DNA of 64,000 nt from an uncultured delta proteobacterium (GTDB lineage Bacteria; Myxococcota; UBA727; VGSZ01): the NCBI GenBank assembly GCA_963775425.1, contig CAVZJB010000007.1, positions 96,001-160,000 on the forward strand, written 5' to 3'. Shown here piece after piece: positions 8,522-18,735 of the stretch. Each line of letters opens with the position of its first letter. The first letter of the stretch is position 1. The notes under the pieces are model-generated. The model was not told the DNA's origin and did not search any database. It was given only the letters and a program-made list of their open reading frames with translations. The position numbers and the translations under genes were made by a program.

Positions 8522-9763
8522 ATGGTCAAACGCCGCCTCGAGGTTTTGCCCGACGAGCACTTCCCCGCGTACGTCGTCTGGGAGCTGACGCTGCGCTGTG
8601 ATCAGGGCTGCGCGCACTGCGGCTCCCGCGCCGGCGCGCGACGCCCCGACGAGCTCACCACCGACGAGGCGCTGCGCGTCGTCGACGAGCTGAAGGACAT
8701 GGGTGCGCAGGAGGTCGTGGTCATCGGCGGCGAGGCGTACCTGCACGAGGGCTTCCTCGACATCGTCCGCGCCCTCGCGCGCGCGGGCATCCGCCCGATG
8801 ATGACCACGGGCGGCCGCGGCGTCACGGCGGCGCTCGCGAAGCAGATGAAAGAGGCGGGCCTCATCGGCGTGTCCGTCTCCGTCGACGGCTTGCGCGAAC
8901 AGCACGACGCCATCCGCCGCGCCGCCGGCAGCTTCGATTCCGCCATGACCGCGCTCGATCACCTCGCCGCCGCCGGCATCCGCATCGCCGCCAACACCAA
9001 CGTCAACCGCAAGAACGCTCCCGTCCTCGAGGAGCTCTTCGTCCTGCTGCGCGACAAGGGCGTGCGCGCGTGGCAGGTCCAGATCACCGCGCCGCTCGGG
9101 CGCGCGGCCGACCGCCCGCAGATGCTGCTTCAGCCCTACGACCTCCTCGACGTCGTCCCGCGCGTCGCGGCGCTCAAGCGGCGCGCGTTCGCGAGCGGCA
9201 TGCTGCTCATGCCCGGCAACAACCTCGGCTACTTCGGCGTGCACGAGGCCGCGCTGCGCTCACCGCGGCAGGGCGGGCGCGACCACTGGCGCGGCTGCCA
9301 GGCGGGCAAGCTCGTCATGGGCATCGAGAGCGACGGCGCGGTGAAGGGCTGCCCCTCGCTGCAGCCCGCGTACATCGGCGGCAACGTGAGGCGGCGCGCG
9401 CTCCGCGACATCTGGGACGGCGCACCCGAGCTCGCATTCACGCGGCGCCGCGGCGTCGAGGACCTCTGGGGCTTCTGTCGCAGTTGCGACTTCGCCGACA
9501 CCTGCCTCGGCGGCTGCTCCTTCACCGCCCACGCCGTCTTCGGCCGCGCCGGAAACAACCCCTACTGCCACCACCGCGCCTCGATGTTCGCGAGGGAGGG
9601 GAAGCGCGAGCGCCTCGTGCCCGCGGCCGCGGCGCCGGGGACGCCCTTCGATCACGGCCTGTTCGACGTCGTCGTCGAGGACGCCGGCGCCCCCGAGCCC
9701 GTGGCCCACGCCGACCTCGTGGCCATCACACGGGCGCCGCGCAAGCGCCCCCGCGCCGCATGA
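8522..9763 (+). CDS. Radical SAM/SPASM peptide maturase (TIGR03913/PlpX splicease-like)
   Basis: VWELTLRCDQGCAHCGSRAG (CxxxCxxC), LLQPY, GNNLGYFG, SPASM GCQAG..GCPSL..CRSC..CLGGC..NNPYCHHR. Confidence 0.9.
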   Translation: MVKRRLEVLPDEHFPAYVVWELTLRCDQGCAHCGSRAGARRPDELTTDEALRVVDELKDMGAQEVVVIGGEAYLHEGFLDIVRALARAGIRPMMTTGGRGVTAALAKQMKEAGLIGVSVSVDGLREQHDAIRRAAGSFDSAMTALDHLAAAGIRIAANTNVNRKNAPVLEELFVLLRDKGVRAWQVQITAPLGRAADRPQMLLQPYDLLDVVPRVAALKRRAFASGMLLMPGNNLGYFGVHEAALRSPRQGGRDHWRGCQAGKLVMGIESDGAVKGCPSLQPAYIGGNVRRRALRDIWDGAPELAFTRRRGVEDLWGFCRSCDFADTCLGGCSFTAHAVFGRAGNNPYCHHRASMFAREGKRERLVPAAAAPGTPFDHGLFDVVVEDAGAPEPVAHADLVAITRAPRKRPRAA

Positions 9764-9772
9764 TGGCGACGA

Positions 9773-10510
9773 TCAGACCTTCAGCGAGAACGGCGTGAAG
9801 TTGGTGTCGCGGTCGTAATAGTCCTCGTGCTCCGCCTTCTTGAAGAACGCGACGATGCGATAGGTGAGCGGCGTGGCCACCGCCTCCCAGCCGACCTTGA
9901 CGCAGTAGTTGGCGATCATCACCTTCACGAGGAGCGAGTTGGGCATCCAGCTCTCACCGTAGAAGGCGAGGGGATAGAAGATGCAGGTGTCGACGGCCTC
10001 GCCCGCGATGGTGGAGCCGATGGTGCGCGTCCACAGCCAGCGGCCGCTCGTGAGCACCTTCATCTTGGCGAGCACGAAGGAGTTGGCGAACTCGCCGCAG
10101 AAGTAGCCGATGAGCGACGCGAGCGCGACGCGCCACGTGGAGCCGAAGGCCCACTCGATCATCGCCTGGTCCTTGAACTCCGCCGCCGGCGGCAGGTGCA
10201 CGACGACGAAGCTCTGGAGCGAGGCGAACGCGAGCGCCGCGAAGCCCGCCCACACCACGCGGCGCGAGCGCGCGTAGCCGTAGACCTCGGTGAGGATGTC
10301 GCCGAACAGGTAGCTGATGGGGAAGAACAGGTTGCCGGCGCCGAACGCGACCAGCCCGATCACCGGGAGATCCACCTGCGCGATCTTGCGGACGCCGATG
10401 AGGTTCGAGCACAGCAACACGCAGACGAACGCGCCGAGCACGAGGTCGTAGTACTTGTACTGACGACGCGCGGGCAGCGCGGGTTCCGGCGGCGGCGGGG
10501 TCGGCATCAC
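9773..10510 (-). CDS. yhhQ: Queuosine precursor transporter (YhhQ/VUT family)
   Basis: FPISYLFGDILTEVYG, RTIGSTIAGE.VDT; multiple TM helices. Confidence 0.88.
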   Translation of the reverse strand: MMPTPPPPEPALPARRQYKYYDLVLGAFVCVLLCSNLIGVRKIAQVDLPVIGLVAFGAGNLFFPISYLFGDILTEVYGYARSRRVVWAGFAALAFASLQSFVVVHLPPAAEFKDQAMIEWAFGSTWRVALASLIGYFCGEFANSFVLAKMKVLTSGRWLWTRTIGSTIAGEAVDTCIFYPLAFYGESWMPNSLLVKVMIANYCVKVGWEAVATPLTYRIVAFFKKAEHEDYYDRDTNFTPFSLKV

Positions 10511-10604
10511 CGCTCGTGTATCACCACGCCGTCAGGAATTCCGCCTCCGCGAGCGGATGGGACCCCGGTTTCATGGCCCCCCCGGCCGGAGCATACTGCG
10601 GCGC

Positions 10605-11132
10605 ATGAGCCTTCCTTCCGTCTTCAACTTCAAGCAGTGGATCGACGAGCACCGGCACCTGTTGAAGCCCCCGGTGGGGAACTACGAGGTGTACCCGAAC
10701 CACGAGTTCATCATCATGGTCGTCGGCGGACCCAACTCGCGCACCGACTACCACGTGGACCCCGCGGAGGAGTTCTTCTACATGGTCGAGGGCGACATGA
10801 CCTTGCGCGTCGTCGACGAGGGCAAGATCAAGGACATCGAGATCAAGCAGGGCGAGATCTTCCTGTTGCCCGCGAACGTGCCGCACTCGCCGCAGCGACG
10901 CGCGAACACGGTGGGGCTCGTCGTCGAGCGCGCACGCAAGTCCCTCGAGATCGACATGTTCCAGTGGTACTGCGAGAAGTGCTCGAGCAAGCTGTACGAA
11001 GAACGGCTTCAGCTCACGGACATCGTCAAGCAGCTCCCGCCCGTCTTCGAGCGCTACGAGTCCAAGCTGGACAACCGCACCTGCCGCGACTGCGGCTGGG
11101 TGATGCCCCCGAGGGCGGAAGCCGCCACCTGA
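10605..11132 (+). CDS. nbaC: 3-hydroxyanthranilate 3,4-dioxygenase
   Basis: WIDEHRHLLKPPVGN, VGGPNSRTDYH, EEFFY, PHSPQR, two CxxC motifs. Confidence 0.96.
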   Translation: MSLPSVFNFKQWIDEHRHLLKPPVGNYEVYPNHEFIIMVVGGPNSRTDYHVDPAEEFFYMVEGDMTLRVVDEGKIKDIEIKQGEIFLLPANVPHSPQRRANTVGLVVERARKSLEIDMFQWYCEKCSSKLYEERLQLTDIVKQLPPVFERYESKLDNRTCRDCGWVMPPRAEAAT

Positions 11133-11136
11133 GCCG

Positions 11137-12976
11137 ATGACCGAGGCGCCACCTGAGCCGGCCGACGGCTCGCGAGCGTTCACCGCCGCGCTGCTCGTCA
11201 ACGCCGTGATGCTGGCCGCGGTCGTGTGGGCGTGGGGCACGCCCATCGGCAACGACATCCCGCAGCACCTGTTCGCGGCGTTCGCGCGCAACCACTTCGA
11301 CGACCCCGCCCTCGGCTACGCGCGCTTCCTGACGCCGAACACGCCGGTGACGTCGCTGGCGGCGGTGTGGCTGTTGCGCGCCTTCGAGGTCCCCTTCGGG
11401 CCCTGGGGCGCCGCCCGCGCCGTCGCCGTCGTCCTGTGCGAGGGCTTCGCGCTCTCGTTCGCGCTTGTCGTCGTCGCGCTCGCACCGCGCCGCCGCGTCG
11501 TCGGCCTCCTCGGCTTCCCCCTGTCGCTGCAGCACGCGCTCTGGCTCGGCCTGTGGTCGTACGTCGCCGGCACCGCGCTCGCCTTGTGCGCGCTCGCCTG
11601 CGTGCTCGTCGTCACGCGCGCCCCGGCGCCGGCGCCTCGGCGCTCCGCCCTCGGGTGGGCGACCGCGTCCGCCCTCCTGTTCGCTTCCGCCCTCGCGCAC
11701 CCGCTGCCCGCCGCGGCCGCCGGCGTCGTCGCCGCCGCCGTCACGCTCGCACGCGCGACGAGGAGGGACGCGCCCCGCGCGCTGGCGCTCCTCGTCGTCG
11801 TCGGCGCGCCGGCGGCGGCGGTGGCGGCAGCGGCGGCGCTCGGCTTCTCGTCCGGGGGACGCGGCGGCGGCCTCTTCTGGGAGCCTGCGTGGCGCCGCAT
11901 CCTGCTCGTCGAGGACACCTTCCAGTCGGGCCCCGCGTGGCGGCCCGTGTTCGCGCTGCTCCTGGCCGGCGCCGGCGTCGCCTTCGCGCTCGTGCGCGCG
12001 CGAAGCAGACGGGCAGCCGCGGAGACCGCGCTGGCCGCCTGCGCGCTCGGCGGCGTCGTGCTGTCCATGGCGCTGCCGCGAGACGCCTTCGGCTGGCAGT
12101 TCGCGGGCGGCCGCCTCCTGCCCGTCGCCACGGCGTGCGCGCTCGTGCTCGTCGCCGTCGAGCGCGTCGGCGTGCGCGTGCGCCGCGCTCTGCTCGCCAC
12201 CGGCGCGCTCTATGCGCTGTGCTCGTACGCGTTCGCCGCCCGCTTCCACGACGACGTGCGCCGCGCGGAGTCGCCTTTGTTCGCCCAGGTGGACGCGCTT
12301 CACCCGATGCCGCGCACGTACGGCGAGGCCGTGCTCGAATCCGCCCGGCGCGGCCCCTCACGCGTGGCCCGTGCCCGGGTTCGACCCCGACCTCCACGCG
12401 GGGGCGCTCGCGGCCATCCGCACGGGCGGCGCGCCGCTGTACGGCCACGTGACGTCGCGCGCGCTCCACCACCTGCTGCTCACTCCGGAGGAGGCCGCGC
12501 TGCAGGCGCCGGGCGCCGCCTGGCGGGCGGCGGTCTCCGCGCAGACAGGCCAGGCGCGTCACGACGACCTGCGCCGCATGCTCGCGCAGCTCACCGCGGC
12601 GGACGGGCTCGTGCTCCTCGGCACCGACGACGACGTGCGCACCGCCGTCGAGGCAGGCTTCGACCGCGACGTCGCGGGCGGCCCGTTGTTCATCGGCCAC
12701 TTCCGCGGCTGCGCGGGGCGCGTCCGCGTCGAGGGCGCGCGCGGGACGTTCTCCGTCGAGGTGGGGCTGTGGCCGTCGCGGCACCCCAATCAGCGCCTCG
12801 TCCTCACCGCCGGAGACGACGGCGTCGCCGAGGCGCGCGTCGATCGCATCGCCTGCGGCGCCGTCTGGTTGCGCGGCCCCCGCCCGTGCGCGGGTGCGCC
12901 GCCCGGGATCCCCGCACGCGCGGACTTCGAACGCGACGGCGACAACACCGTCACGTGCCGACTCGCGCCGCCGTGA
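11137..12976 (+). pseudogene. Polytopic membrane protein split by a +1 frameshift near 12338 (may be a sequencing error)
   Basis: ORF 11137 looks protein-like to VLE; ORF 11465..12976 looks protein-like from NPPGAAPHAWPVPGF; removing one A at 12338-12339 joins them. Confidence 0.7.
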
Positions 12977-13067
12977 GCGAGTCCGGCTTCGAGCGCTCGG
13001 TCGCGTCGACGCAACCTCCCTTGCGCCGACCGGCCGACGGGGCATCTCTCGTGCAGGGGATCGCTTC

Positions 13068-15362
13068 ATGCAACTCGTCGTCACCCGGGCCCTGGCCGTC
13101 GGCGCCGCCGTCACCGCCATGGCGGTGAGCGTCGTCGTGCTCACCGGCTACGCCGTCGACGGAGCGGCCCTCACGCAAGGGCAAGCCGGCCTGCCGGCGA
13201 TGGCCCCCGGGAGCGCGGTCGCGGCCGCCTTGGCCGCCGTCGCCGTCGTCGTGGCGGCCACGGCGCGTGGGTCGGCGGCGCGCTGGGCGGTGCGAGCGTT
13301 GGCGTTGTTCGTCGTCGCGTCCGGGCTCGCGGCGATCGTCGAATACATCACTGACGCGGAGCTCGGCGTCGAGCTTTTCCTCTCGGGCGGCCTCGGCAAC
13401 CGCCGCCCGACCCTCCCGTCGGCGCTCGGCCTCACGCTCGTCGGCGCCGCCCTCGGCGTCATCGACGTCAAGCGTCCGGCGGCTCGCGTCCACCCCGCCG
13501 AGGCTTGCGCGCTGCTCGTCCTGCTGTTCACGTCGGTCGCGCTCGGCGCGTACATCTACGCCGGCGCCGCCCGCGAGGAGCTCGTGTTCCAACCGAGCCT
13601 GACGATGTCCTTGCCGAGCGCGGCGGCGCTCGCGCTCCTCGGCGTCGGCGTCCTCGCGGCGCGCCCCGAGCGCGGCTTCGCGGGGCTCGTCACCAGCAGG
13701 CTCATCGGGGGCCACGCCGCGCGCCGGCTCACCCTCGCCGCGCTCGCGGTGCCCGCGACCGCGATGATCGTCGCCGCGGGAGAGCGCGCAGGCCTGTGGA
13801 GCGAGCCGGCCACCGCTTCGCTCATCGCCACGTCGGCCTTCTCCATCACGGTGTTCCTCGTCTTCAACACGGCCTCGGTGTTGAATCGCATCGACCTCGA
13901 TCGCCGCCGCGGGGAGGACGAGCTGCGCCGCTCGCGCGAGGCGCTGCGCGTGAGCGAGGAGCGCACGCGTCGCTTGTTCGAGGACGCCGCCGAGCCCATC
14001 GTCGTCAGCGACAGCGCGGGCGTCATCAGCGAGGTGAACCAGGCCACGGTGGAGATCCTCGAGGTCCCTCGCGAGCAGATCATCGGGAAGCGCGCGACGG
14101 ACTTCGTGCCCTCGGCACAGGCGAGCGCCATCGAGGCGATGGTCGCGCGGCTGCGCAGCGGCGCCACCAACGTCGACGAGTGGGTCCTGCAGCGCAGCGA
14201 CGGCGCCCACGTGCTCGAGGTCCGCAGCGCACGGCTCTCCGACGGGCGGTGGGAGTCCTTCGCCCACGACGTCACGGAGCAGCGGCGCGCGGCGGCGGAG
14301 GTGGCGCGGTCGCGGGCTTGGCTGTCGGCGGTCCTCGATCAGATGCCGGAGGCCGCGGTCATCTACCGGCGCGACGGGGGCGCCGAAGTCGTCGAGGTGA
14401 ACAACGCCGCGCTGTGCTTCGCCTCCGACGCCGCGCAGCGGTCGACGGACACGGCGAAGGCGGAGGCGCTGCGCACGATTTTCGAGGTGCTGCGGCCGTC
14501 GGGCGAGCCGCTCGCGCTCGAGGAGCTCCCGATCATGCGCGCGCTCTCGGGTGATGCGGCGCTCGGTGACGAGCTGTTGATCGTGGCCGCGGACGGCTCG
14601 CGCTACCCGGTGCTCGCGAGCGCTTCCGCCGTGCGCGACGGCGACGGCGAGGTGCTCGGCGCCGTCGCCCTGTATCGCGACATCACGCCGCTCAAGGAGA
14701 TCGAGCGGCTGCGGGAGGAGTGGACGTCGGTGGTGGCGCACGATCTCCGTCAGCCCATCAGCGTCCTGCAATTGTCGACTTCGGCGCTCGAGCACCAGGA
14801 CCTCGACGACGCCGGCCGGCGGTGCCTGGAGCGCCTGCGCGCCTCCACCCGCAGCCTGCGTCGCATGATCGACGACCTCCTCGACGCTTCACGCATCGAG
14901 GCCAAGCGCATGACCCTTCAACCCGCCGAGCACGACGTCGCCGCGATGGTGCGGGAGATCGTCGAGCGGCAAGCGGAGCTCACCCAGGGGCACGCCGTTT
15001 TGGTGAGCACCTCCGACGGCGTGGGCGCCGCGCACGTCGACGCCGGACGCATGGAGCAGGTCCTCGCAAACCTCCTGTCGAACGCGGTGAAGTACGGCGA
15101 CGCCGGCGCGGACATCGAGGTCGTCGTCTCCGGAGACGCCGACAGCGTCACGTTCGCCGTCACCAACCGCGGACCGCCCATTCCCGACGACGAGATGCAG
15201 CACCTCTTCGAGCGCTTCAATCGGCTCCACCCCGCGGAGCACACCGGCGTCGGCATCGGGCTCTACGTCGTGAAGGGCCTCGTCGAGGCACATGGTGGAA
15301 GGGTCTCGGCGGAGAGCGCCGACGGGCGCACCACCTTCCGCTTCACGCTTCCGCGAGCGTGA
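13068..15362 (+). CDS. Membrane PAS-domain sensor histidine kinase
   Basis: TM helices, two PAS regions, H-box VAHDLRQP, NLLSNAVKY, GVGIGL. Confidence 0.92.
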   Translation: MQLVVTRALAVGAAVTAMAVSVVVLTGYAVDGAALTQGQAGLPAMAPGSAVAAALAAVAVVVAATARGSAARWAVRALALFVVASGLAAIVEYITDAELGVELFLSGGLGNRRPTLPSALGLTLVGAALGVIDVKRPAARVHPAEACALLVLLFTSVALGAYIYAGAAREELVFQPSLTMSLPSAAALALLGVGVLAARPERGFAGLVTSRLIGGHAARRLTLAALAVPATAMIVAAGERAGLWSEPATASLIATSAFSITVFLVFNTASVLNRIDLDRRRGEDELRRSREALRVSEERTRRLFEDAAEPIVVSDSAGVISEVNQATVEILEVPREQIIGKRATDFVPSAQASAIEAMVARLRSGATNVDEWVLQRSDGAHVLEVRSARLSDGRWESFAHDVTEQRRAAAEVARSRAWLSAVLDQMPEAAVIYRRDGGAEVVEVNNAALCFASDAAQRSTDTAKAEALRTIFEVLRPSGEPLALEELPIMRALSGDAALGDELLIVAADGSRYPVLASASAVRDGDGEVLGAVALYRDITPLKEIERLREEWTSVVAHDLRQPISVLQLSTSALEHQDLDDAGRRCLERLRASTRSLRRMIDDLLDASRIEAKRMTLQPAEHDVAAMVREIVERQAELTQGHAVLVSTSDGVGAAHVDAGRMEQVLANLLSNAVKYGDAGADIEVVVSGDADSVTFAVTNRGPPIPDDEMQHLFERFNRLHPAEHTGVGIGLYVVKGLVEAHGGRVSAESADGRTTFRFTLPRA

Positions 15363-15849
15363 AGCGCATGTTCTTGAAGTCCTTCACGACGCCGGGGAAG
15401 CGGAGCACCTGGTTGTGCATGGCGACGTAGACGCCGGGCTCGACGAGCTGCACGGCGAGGAGCGCCTCGGTGAGGTTCTGCACGGCGTCGGTGTTCCGCA
15501 GCTCGTAGGGGCGCATGGCGCCGGTGAGCACGATGGGCACGCGCGGGACGCCGAGCCGCTCCACGATGCGCTCGCCCGTGTACTGCAGGCGGTCGGTGCC
15601 GTGCGTGACGACGAGCCCGTCGTGGTTTTCGGCGTACAGGCCCGCCACCTCGGCGATGCGGTCGTGCTCGACGTCCGTCATCTGCTGCGAGTCCATGTTC
15701 ATCACGGGGACGCGCTCGATGACGACGCCGCGCAGGATGAGGGACGCGAGCATGATGTCGAGCACCGTGCTCTGGTTGGTGATGGTGCCGTCGCTCTCGT
15801 TGTAGGTCTTCTCGATGGTGCCGCCCGTCGAGAGAAGCGCGATCTTCAT
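15343..15849 (-). CDS. Short asparaginase N-terminal-domain protein
   Basis: TGGTIEK, THGTD, LTGAMRP, DA.QN. Confidence 0.88.
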   Translation of the reverse strand: MKIALLSTGGTIEKTYNESDGTITNQSTVLDIMLASLILRGVVIERVPVMNMDSQQMTDVEHDRIAEVAGLYAENHDGLVVTHGTDRLQYTGERIVERLGVPRVPIVLTGAMRPYELRNTDAVQNLTEALLAVQLVEPGVYVAMHNQVLRFPGVVKDFKNMRFTLAEA

Positions 15850-15919
15850 GGGGTGGACGCCCTCGGACGCCGACGCTGCCGGCCGTTTGAGCGGCGCGCA
15901 ATCGGGATACTCTCGTCCG

Positions 15920-16840
15920 GTGACCTCCCTGCCCGAGCTGCTCCGCGACGCCCGCGCGCGCTTCGCCCCCGAATACGAGGGGGGCCTCACCAACCACCTG
16001 CCCATGTGCCTGGTGGCGCTCCACCGCCTCGGCGCCCCCGAGGACCGCCTCGCTGCGTTCGCGGCCGCCTATGGCGCGCGCCTCGCGCCGGCGGCCCCCT
16101 GGCCGCGGGCGCTCGCGTTCGCCCATGAGGTGGGCGCCGAGGGCATCGACGGCGCGCTGCGCCGACACCTGCGGTCCCTCCTGCCGGGGCTGGCCGGCGC
16201 CGCGTTCCACGGCGTCATCCGCGTCGCATACGGCGCGCTGGCCAAGGACGACGACGAGGTGGCCACCGGCCTCGCGTACCTCGAGGACAACGCGTTGGTG
16301 CTCGAGGAGGGCTCAGGCCCGGCGGGGAGGGAGAGCGACGTCGGCGCGCTCGCGGAGCGACTGCGGGGCATCCCGAAGCCCGCGGGGCGCACCATCACGG
16401 AGCGCCTGAACGTCGTCGCCGCCGACCCGCGCTTTCAAGAGGCCGTGGGCGAGCTCGCCGTCGACAAGAGCACCCTGAGCCAGGTCTCCGGCCTCGGCGC
16501 GCGCTGGTATCTGAGCGCCGACGACTTCGCCTCGCTCCACGTGCTCACCGGCGCGCACGCCGTGCGCCTCCTGCGCCCCTGGACCCAAGACGAGCGCGCC
16601 GCCGACCGCGCGCTGGCGGTGGCGGCGCTCGCGTGCTTCGTCGTGTCCGGCTGCCCTCCCCGCGTCGACGCCCGCGGCCTGGCGCACGCAGACGACAAGG
16701 AGATCAAGGCGCGCGCGACGGCGTCCGACGACGACCACCTCGCCAAGCTGGCGCTCTCCTGCCTCGACGAGGAGGCCGCGTGCGACGACCGCATCTATCG
16801 CATCGTCGCCACCCGGGCCGCGCGCCGCGGCAACGCCTGA
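15920..16840 (+). CDS. Questin oxidase-like (DUF4243) protein
   Basis: TNHLPM.L.AL..LGA, AAFHGVIR.AYG, F..LH.LTG.HA, DDH.AK. Confidence 0.82.
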   Translation: MTSLPELLRDARARFAPEYEGGLTNHLPMCLVALHRLGAPEDRLAAFAAAYGARLAPAAPWPRALAFAHEVGAEGIDGALRRHLRSLLPGLAGAAFHGVIRVAYGALAKDDDEVATGLAYLEDNALVLEEGSGPAGRESDVGALAERLRGIPKPAGRTITERLNVVAADPRFQEAVGELAVDKSTLSQVSGLGARWYLSADDFASLHVLTGAHAVRLLRPWTQDERAADRALAVAALACFVVSGCPPRVDARGLAHADDKEIKARATASDDDHLAKLALSCLDEEAACDDRIYRIVATRAARRGNA

Positions 16841-16846
16841 GGCGAT

Positions 16847-17257
16847 TCAGTCGGGGAGCCAGTGCGGGCCCTCGCCTTCGTGCACCAGCTCCATGGCCAG
16901 CGTGTACATGACGACGCCGATCAAGGTGAAGAGCGCCTGCTGGATGCTCAACGGCCCGATGAAGATCATCTGTGCGGCGACCCACAGGACCAGGCATCCG
17001 CCGGCGAGCGCCGACAGCGTCGTCGCCAGGTGCATGTGCTTCACCATCTCCCACGCGGCCGCCAACTGCAGCACGCCGAGAGCGGAGAGGACCACGCCCG
17101 GCCACAGGAAGGTCTTGAAGACGCCTCCCATCGCAGCGACGTCGAGGCGCAAGAGGCTCCCGTCGGTGCGGACGAGGAGCGCGATGCCGCCCAGCAGGGC
17201 GAGGGTGCCCACGAGCAGCTCGAGGGCGACGAGGGTTCGGCGGATGATCGTGTGCAT
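16847..17257 (-). CDS. Small 4-TM membrane protein (paralog 1)
   Basis: Hydrophobic helices; aligns with 17373..17885; ends EGEGPH. Confidence 0.8.
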   Translation of the reverse strand: MHTIIRRTLVALELLVGTLALLGGIALLVRTDGSLLRLDVAAMGGVFKTFLWPGVVLSALGVLQLAAAWEMVKHMHLATTLSALAGGCLVLWVAAQMIFIGPLSIQQALFTLIGVVMYTLAMELVHEGEGPHWLPD

Positions 17258-17372
17258 GGCGACACGACAATCCACGTGTCGTGCCACCGCCTCTCCCGCG
17301 CTTTGTCGCAGACCGCCGCGATCGCGCCGTGCGGCGGGGGGCGCTTTTGCCCAACTCCGCGGGGAAAAACGC

Positions 17373-17885
17373 TCATGCGCGCCGGCGGCCAAAGAGCTGC
17401 AGGACGCGGAAGCTGTCGGAGCGGCGGTACGCGGGTGGCATGTCGCGGGCGTTCTTCAGGTCCAAATCCTCGAAGCCCTCCTCCATGCCAAGGTGCGGGC
17501 CCTCCCCCTCCCGCCACAGCTCGGTGGCCAGGTAGAACACCACCGTCCCGATGGCGAAGAACATGGGCTGCGTCCAGTTGTCGAAGCCCTCCACCGCCAC
17601 CTGCACCGAGATCCACAAGACCAGCGCGCCGGCGGCGACGGCGGACAAGACGTGGTCCCACATGAAGCGCCGCCACGTCATGAGCGCGGCCGCCAGGTTC
17701 AACAGACCCATGGCTACGAGGCTGATGCCCGGCACGAGGAAGCTCTCGAACACCTGGTGCAGCATGGAGACGTCGAAGCCGAGCACGGTGCCGTTCGGTC
17801 GCGCGATCAGCGCGACGCCGCCGGCGACGGCGAGCACGCCGACGATGAGCTCGAGAACGATGATGATGCGCCTCGCCGTGAGCAT
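17373..17885 (-). CDS. Small 4-TM membrane protein (paralog 2)
   Basis: LELIVG..A..GG.AL...G, F..FL.PG, LW...Q and EGEGPH shared with paralog 1. Confidence 0.8.
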   Translation of the reverse strand: MLTARRIIIVLELIVGVLAVAGGVALIARPNGTVLGFDVSMLHQVFESFLVPGISLVAMGLLNLAAALMTWRRFMWDHVLSAVAAGALVLWISVQVAVEGFDNWTQPMFFAIGTVVFYLATELWREGEGPHLGMEEGFEDLDLKNARDMPPAYRRSDSFRVLQLFGRRRA

Positions 17886-17961
17886 GGGACCTCCACCGCC
17901 CACGACCCTGCTTCGCGCGTGCCAGCGTCGTTCGTTCCGCCGCGAATGTCGCCACGCCGGC

Positions 17962-18735
17962 TCAGCCGGAGGCGCCGGTGTAGCTCTTCAGCGAGAAGCG
18001 CCAGAACGCGCGGCCGGCGACGAGCATGAGCGCGGCGAGCGCGACGCCGCCGACGAAGAACGCGGGGCGGCCGCGGCCGAGGAGCACCTCGGCGGGGACC
18101 GTGGTGAGGAACGCGACGGGGACCACGAAGGTGAACACGAAGCGGTACGCCGCGGGGTACGCGGCCATGGGGAAGCGGCCGGCGTCGAGGAGCCCGCGCA
18201 GCACCTCGGTGGCGTTGTAGATCTTCACGAACCAGATGCTGGTGGTGGCCACCATGAACCACAGCCCGTACAGGATGAGCACGCCGGCCACGAGCGGCAC
18301 CGCCGTGAGCATCACGTCGACGAGGTGCGCGTGGCTGCGGACGGCGCCGATGGCGACGATGGCGACGCCGAACAGCACGTCGGGGAGCCCCCAGGGGGAC
18401 AACACGCGCACGCTCACCTGAAGCTGCGCGTCCACGGGCTTGAGCAGCACGAAGTCGAGCGTGCCCTCCTCCACGTGGGCCACGATGCGCGACAGGTTGG
18501 GTGACAAGATCGTGGCGACGAGGCCGGTGAACAGGGTGAAGAGCCCGAGCACCACGAGCCCCTGCTCGAAGGTCCAGCCGGGGAAGCCGCCGCCGCCGCG
18601 GTAGAAGAGGGTGAGGGAGAAGACGCTGCCGCCGATGTTGCCGAGGCTCGACAGTCCGGCGACGACGAAGTTGCCCCGGTACTCGAGCTCGGCGTCGAGG
18701 GAGGCCTTCCAGAAGGTGAGCACCACCTTGAGCAT
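17962..18735 (-). CDS. ABC-2 type permease (DUF990-like)
   Basis: EYRGNF, GTLDFVLLKPVD, FTFVVPVAF, YTGASG end. Confidence 0.9.
   Translation of the reverse strand: MLKVVLTFWKASLDAELEYRGNFVVAGLSSLGNIGGSVFSLTLFYRGGGGFPGWTFEQGLVVLGLFTLFTGLVATILSPNLSRIVAHVEEGTLDFVLLKPVDAQLQVSVRVLSPWGLPDVLFGVAIVAIGAVRSHAHLVDVMLTAVPLVAGVLILYGLWFMVATTSIWFVKIYNATEVLRGLLDAGRFPMAAYPAAYRFVFTFVVPVAFLTTVPAEVLLGRGRPAFFVGGVALAALMLVAGRAFWRFSLKSYTGASG

Noticed and set aside
11123-11160. 14-bp direct repeat CGCCACCTGAGCCG around the nbaC stop and next start
   Set aside because: Only two copies 24 bp apart; most likely a local duplication with no sign of an att site or mobile element.
12330-12345. Programmed ribosomal frameshift (also at 56768)
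   Set aside because: No slippery heptamer or obvious stimulatory structure; a single-base insertion explains both.
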